This document shows, one piece after another, positions 63,104 through 64,000 of a stretch of DNA of 64,000 nt (position 1 is its first letter; every line of letters starts with the position of its first letter). The position numbers and the translations under genes are program-made. The DNA is from Oopsacas minuta (Eukaryota; Animalia; Porifera). The notes under the pieces are model-generated. The model saw only the letters and a list, made by a program, of their open reading frames with translations. It ran no database searches and was not told where the DNA came from. The stretch spans positions 186,001 to 250,000 of the forward strand of contig JAKMXF010000088.1 of assembly GCA_024704765.1 (NCBI GenBank). Direction: 5' to 3'.

Positions 63104-64000
63104 TTGAAGCTTAAACTAACCAAGGTTTGTTGACTTGTTAGTGTAAATCTAATCTAGAGAAACCCTTATGACAGGGCGATATGCGACGTTCGTCCGTCCG
63201 TCTGTACGCGCGGTCATGCGAAATCTAGCAGTCCGATTAACACCAATTGACCAACATTGATACTTATATACATTATACATTTGGGGTTTAAGTTTGCATC
63301 TGTGTGTGAAATTTTTGAAAGTGAATTTTCACACCTTTTTGGTAAATAATCATAATTTCTCACCTCTCTATGTAAATCCAAAAGCAAGCTGGAGATTTAA
63401 TTTCAATGTGTTAAGGGTAATTGGGTGCATAATGTCTCTTTTGAGAATTTAGGACCCAGAAAGCTTCAAATTCACAGACTTATTATGTCATTATTTATTA
63501 CTATATTTTAGAAATCCAGGGAATATTTTGGAAACCCCGGAATTCAAGATAAATATCCTGGGAAATATTTCGAAAGGGTTGAAGCGTTTCTTAGATGTCA
63601 TAGTTTTTCAAAAGAGCTATTTTCGGTCACCAGTGAGACTGGAAAATGCCATTGACAATGTTGCACCAATGACTGAACATCTGGGAATTGCAGATGATGT
63701 AGTTGCAATTAGCAAGTTATATTTGTCAATATATTCACATATGAGCTATAAAATAGTACGGTAAGTATGCAGATACCTGAGCTTCGCTCACATCCTGTTG
63801 GCGATCGGCTGGACATTTTTACGAGATTTGTTTATGAGATGAGATGTATTTACGACAATGTTCTACATTTCTTTCTGAGCATAGGCCCAACTAATGAGTG
63901 TTATCTTAGAGTAGATTCAGCAGCGAATTCGCAAACTTCACTTAAATGTAAATACCTCAAAAACTATGAGTTGTACATGAATAGTGATTACTTCATTGTG

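Overview
AT-rich eukaryotic (animal) genomic DNA. It has spliceosomal GT-AG introns and many DNA-transposon remnants, and shows no prokaryotic operons, CRISPR arrays or recognisable rRNA/tRNA. The repertoire (RING-less coiled-coil+NHL proteins, a long ankyrin ORF, mostly intronless genes) suggests a sponge, possibly a hexactinellid such as Oopsacas; this is inference only. Recognisable genes: a divergent TALE homeobox gene, a carbohydrate sulfotransferase, MRPL53, ADRM1/Rpn13, an 8-exon fascin (reading frame reconstructed by hand, 504 aa), four NHL-repeat genes or pseudogenes, a spliced Cys-rich + PARP-like gene and a ~1470-aa ankyrin protein. Mobile DNA includes Mutator/NOF-like, FLYWCH-MULE, hAT (Buster and others), Tigger-like MITEs, Helitron-like elements and a LINE RT fragment. 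The standout is the intronless 1134-aa ORF at 26995..30399. It fuses a P-loop GTPase, a MACPF pore-forming domain and two tandem Hedgehog-type Hint domains (first degenerate, second catalytically intact-looking), suggesting a self-processing, possibly sterol-ligated cytosolic pore-former. Also notable is an inverted duplication of the sulfotransferase 5' end that could swap its promoter by inversion. All assignments come from reading motifs by eye; no searches were run.
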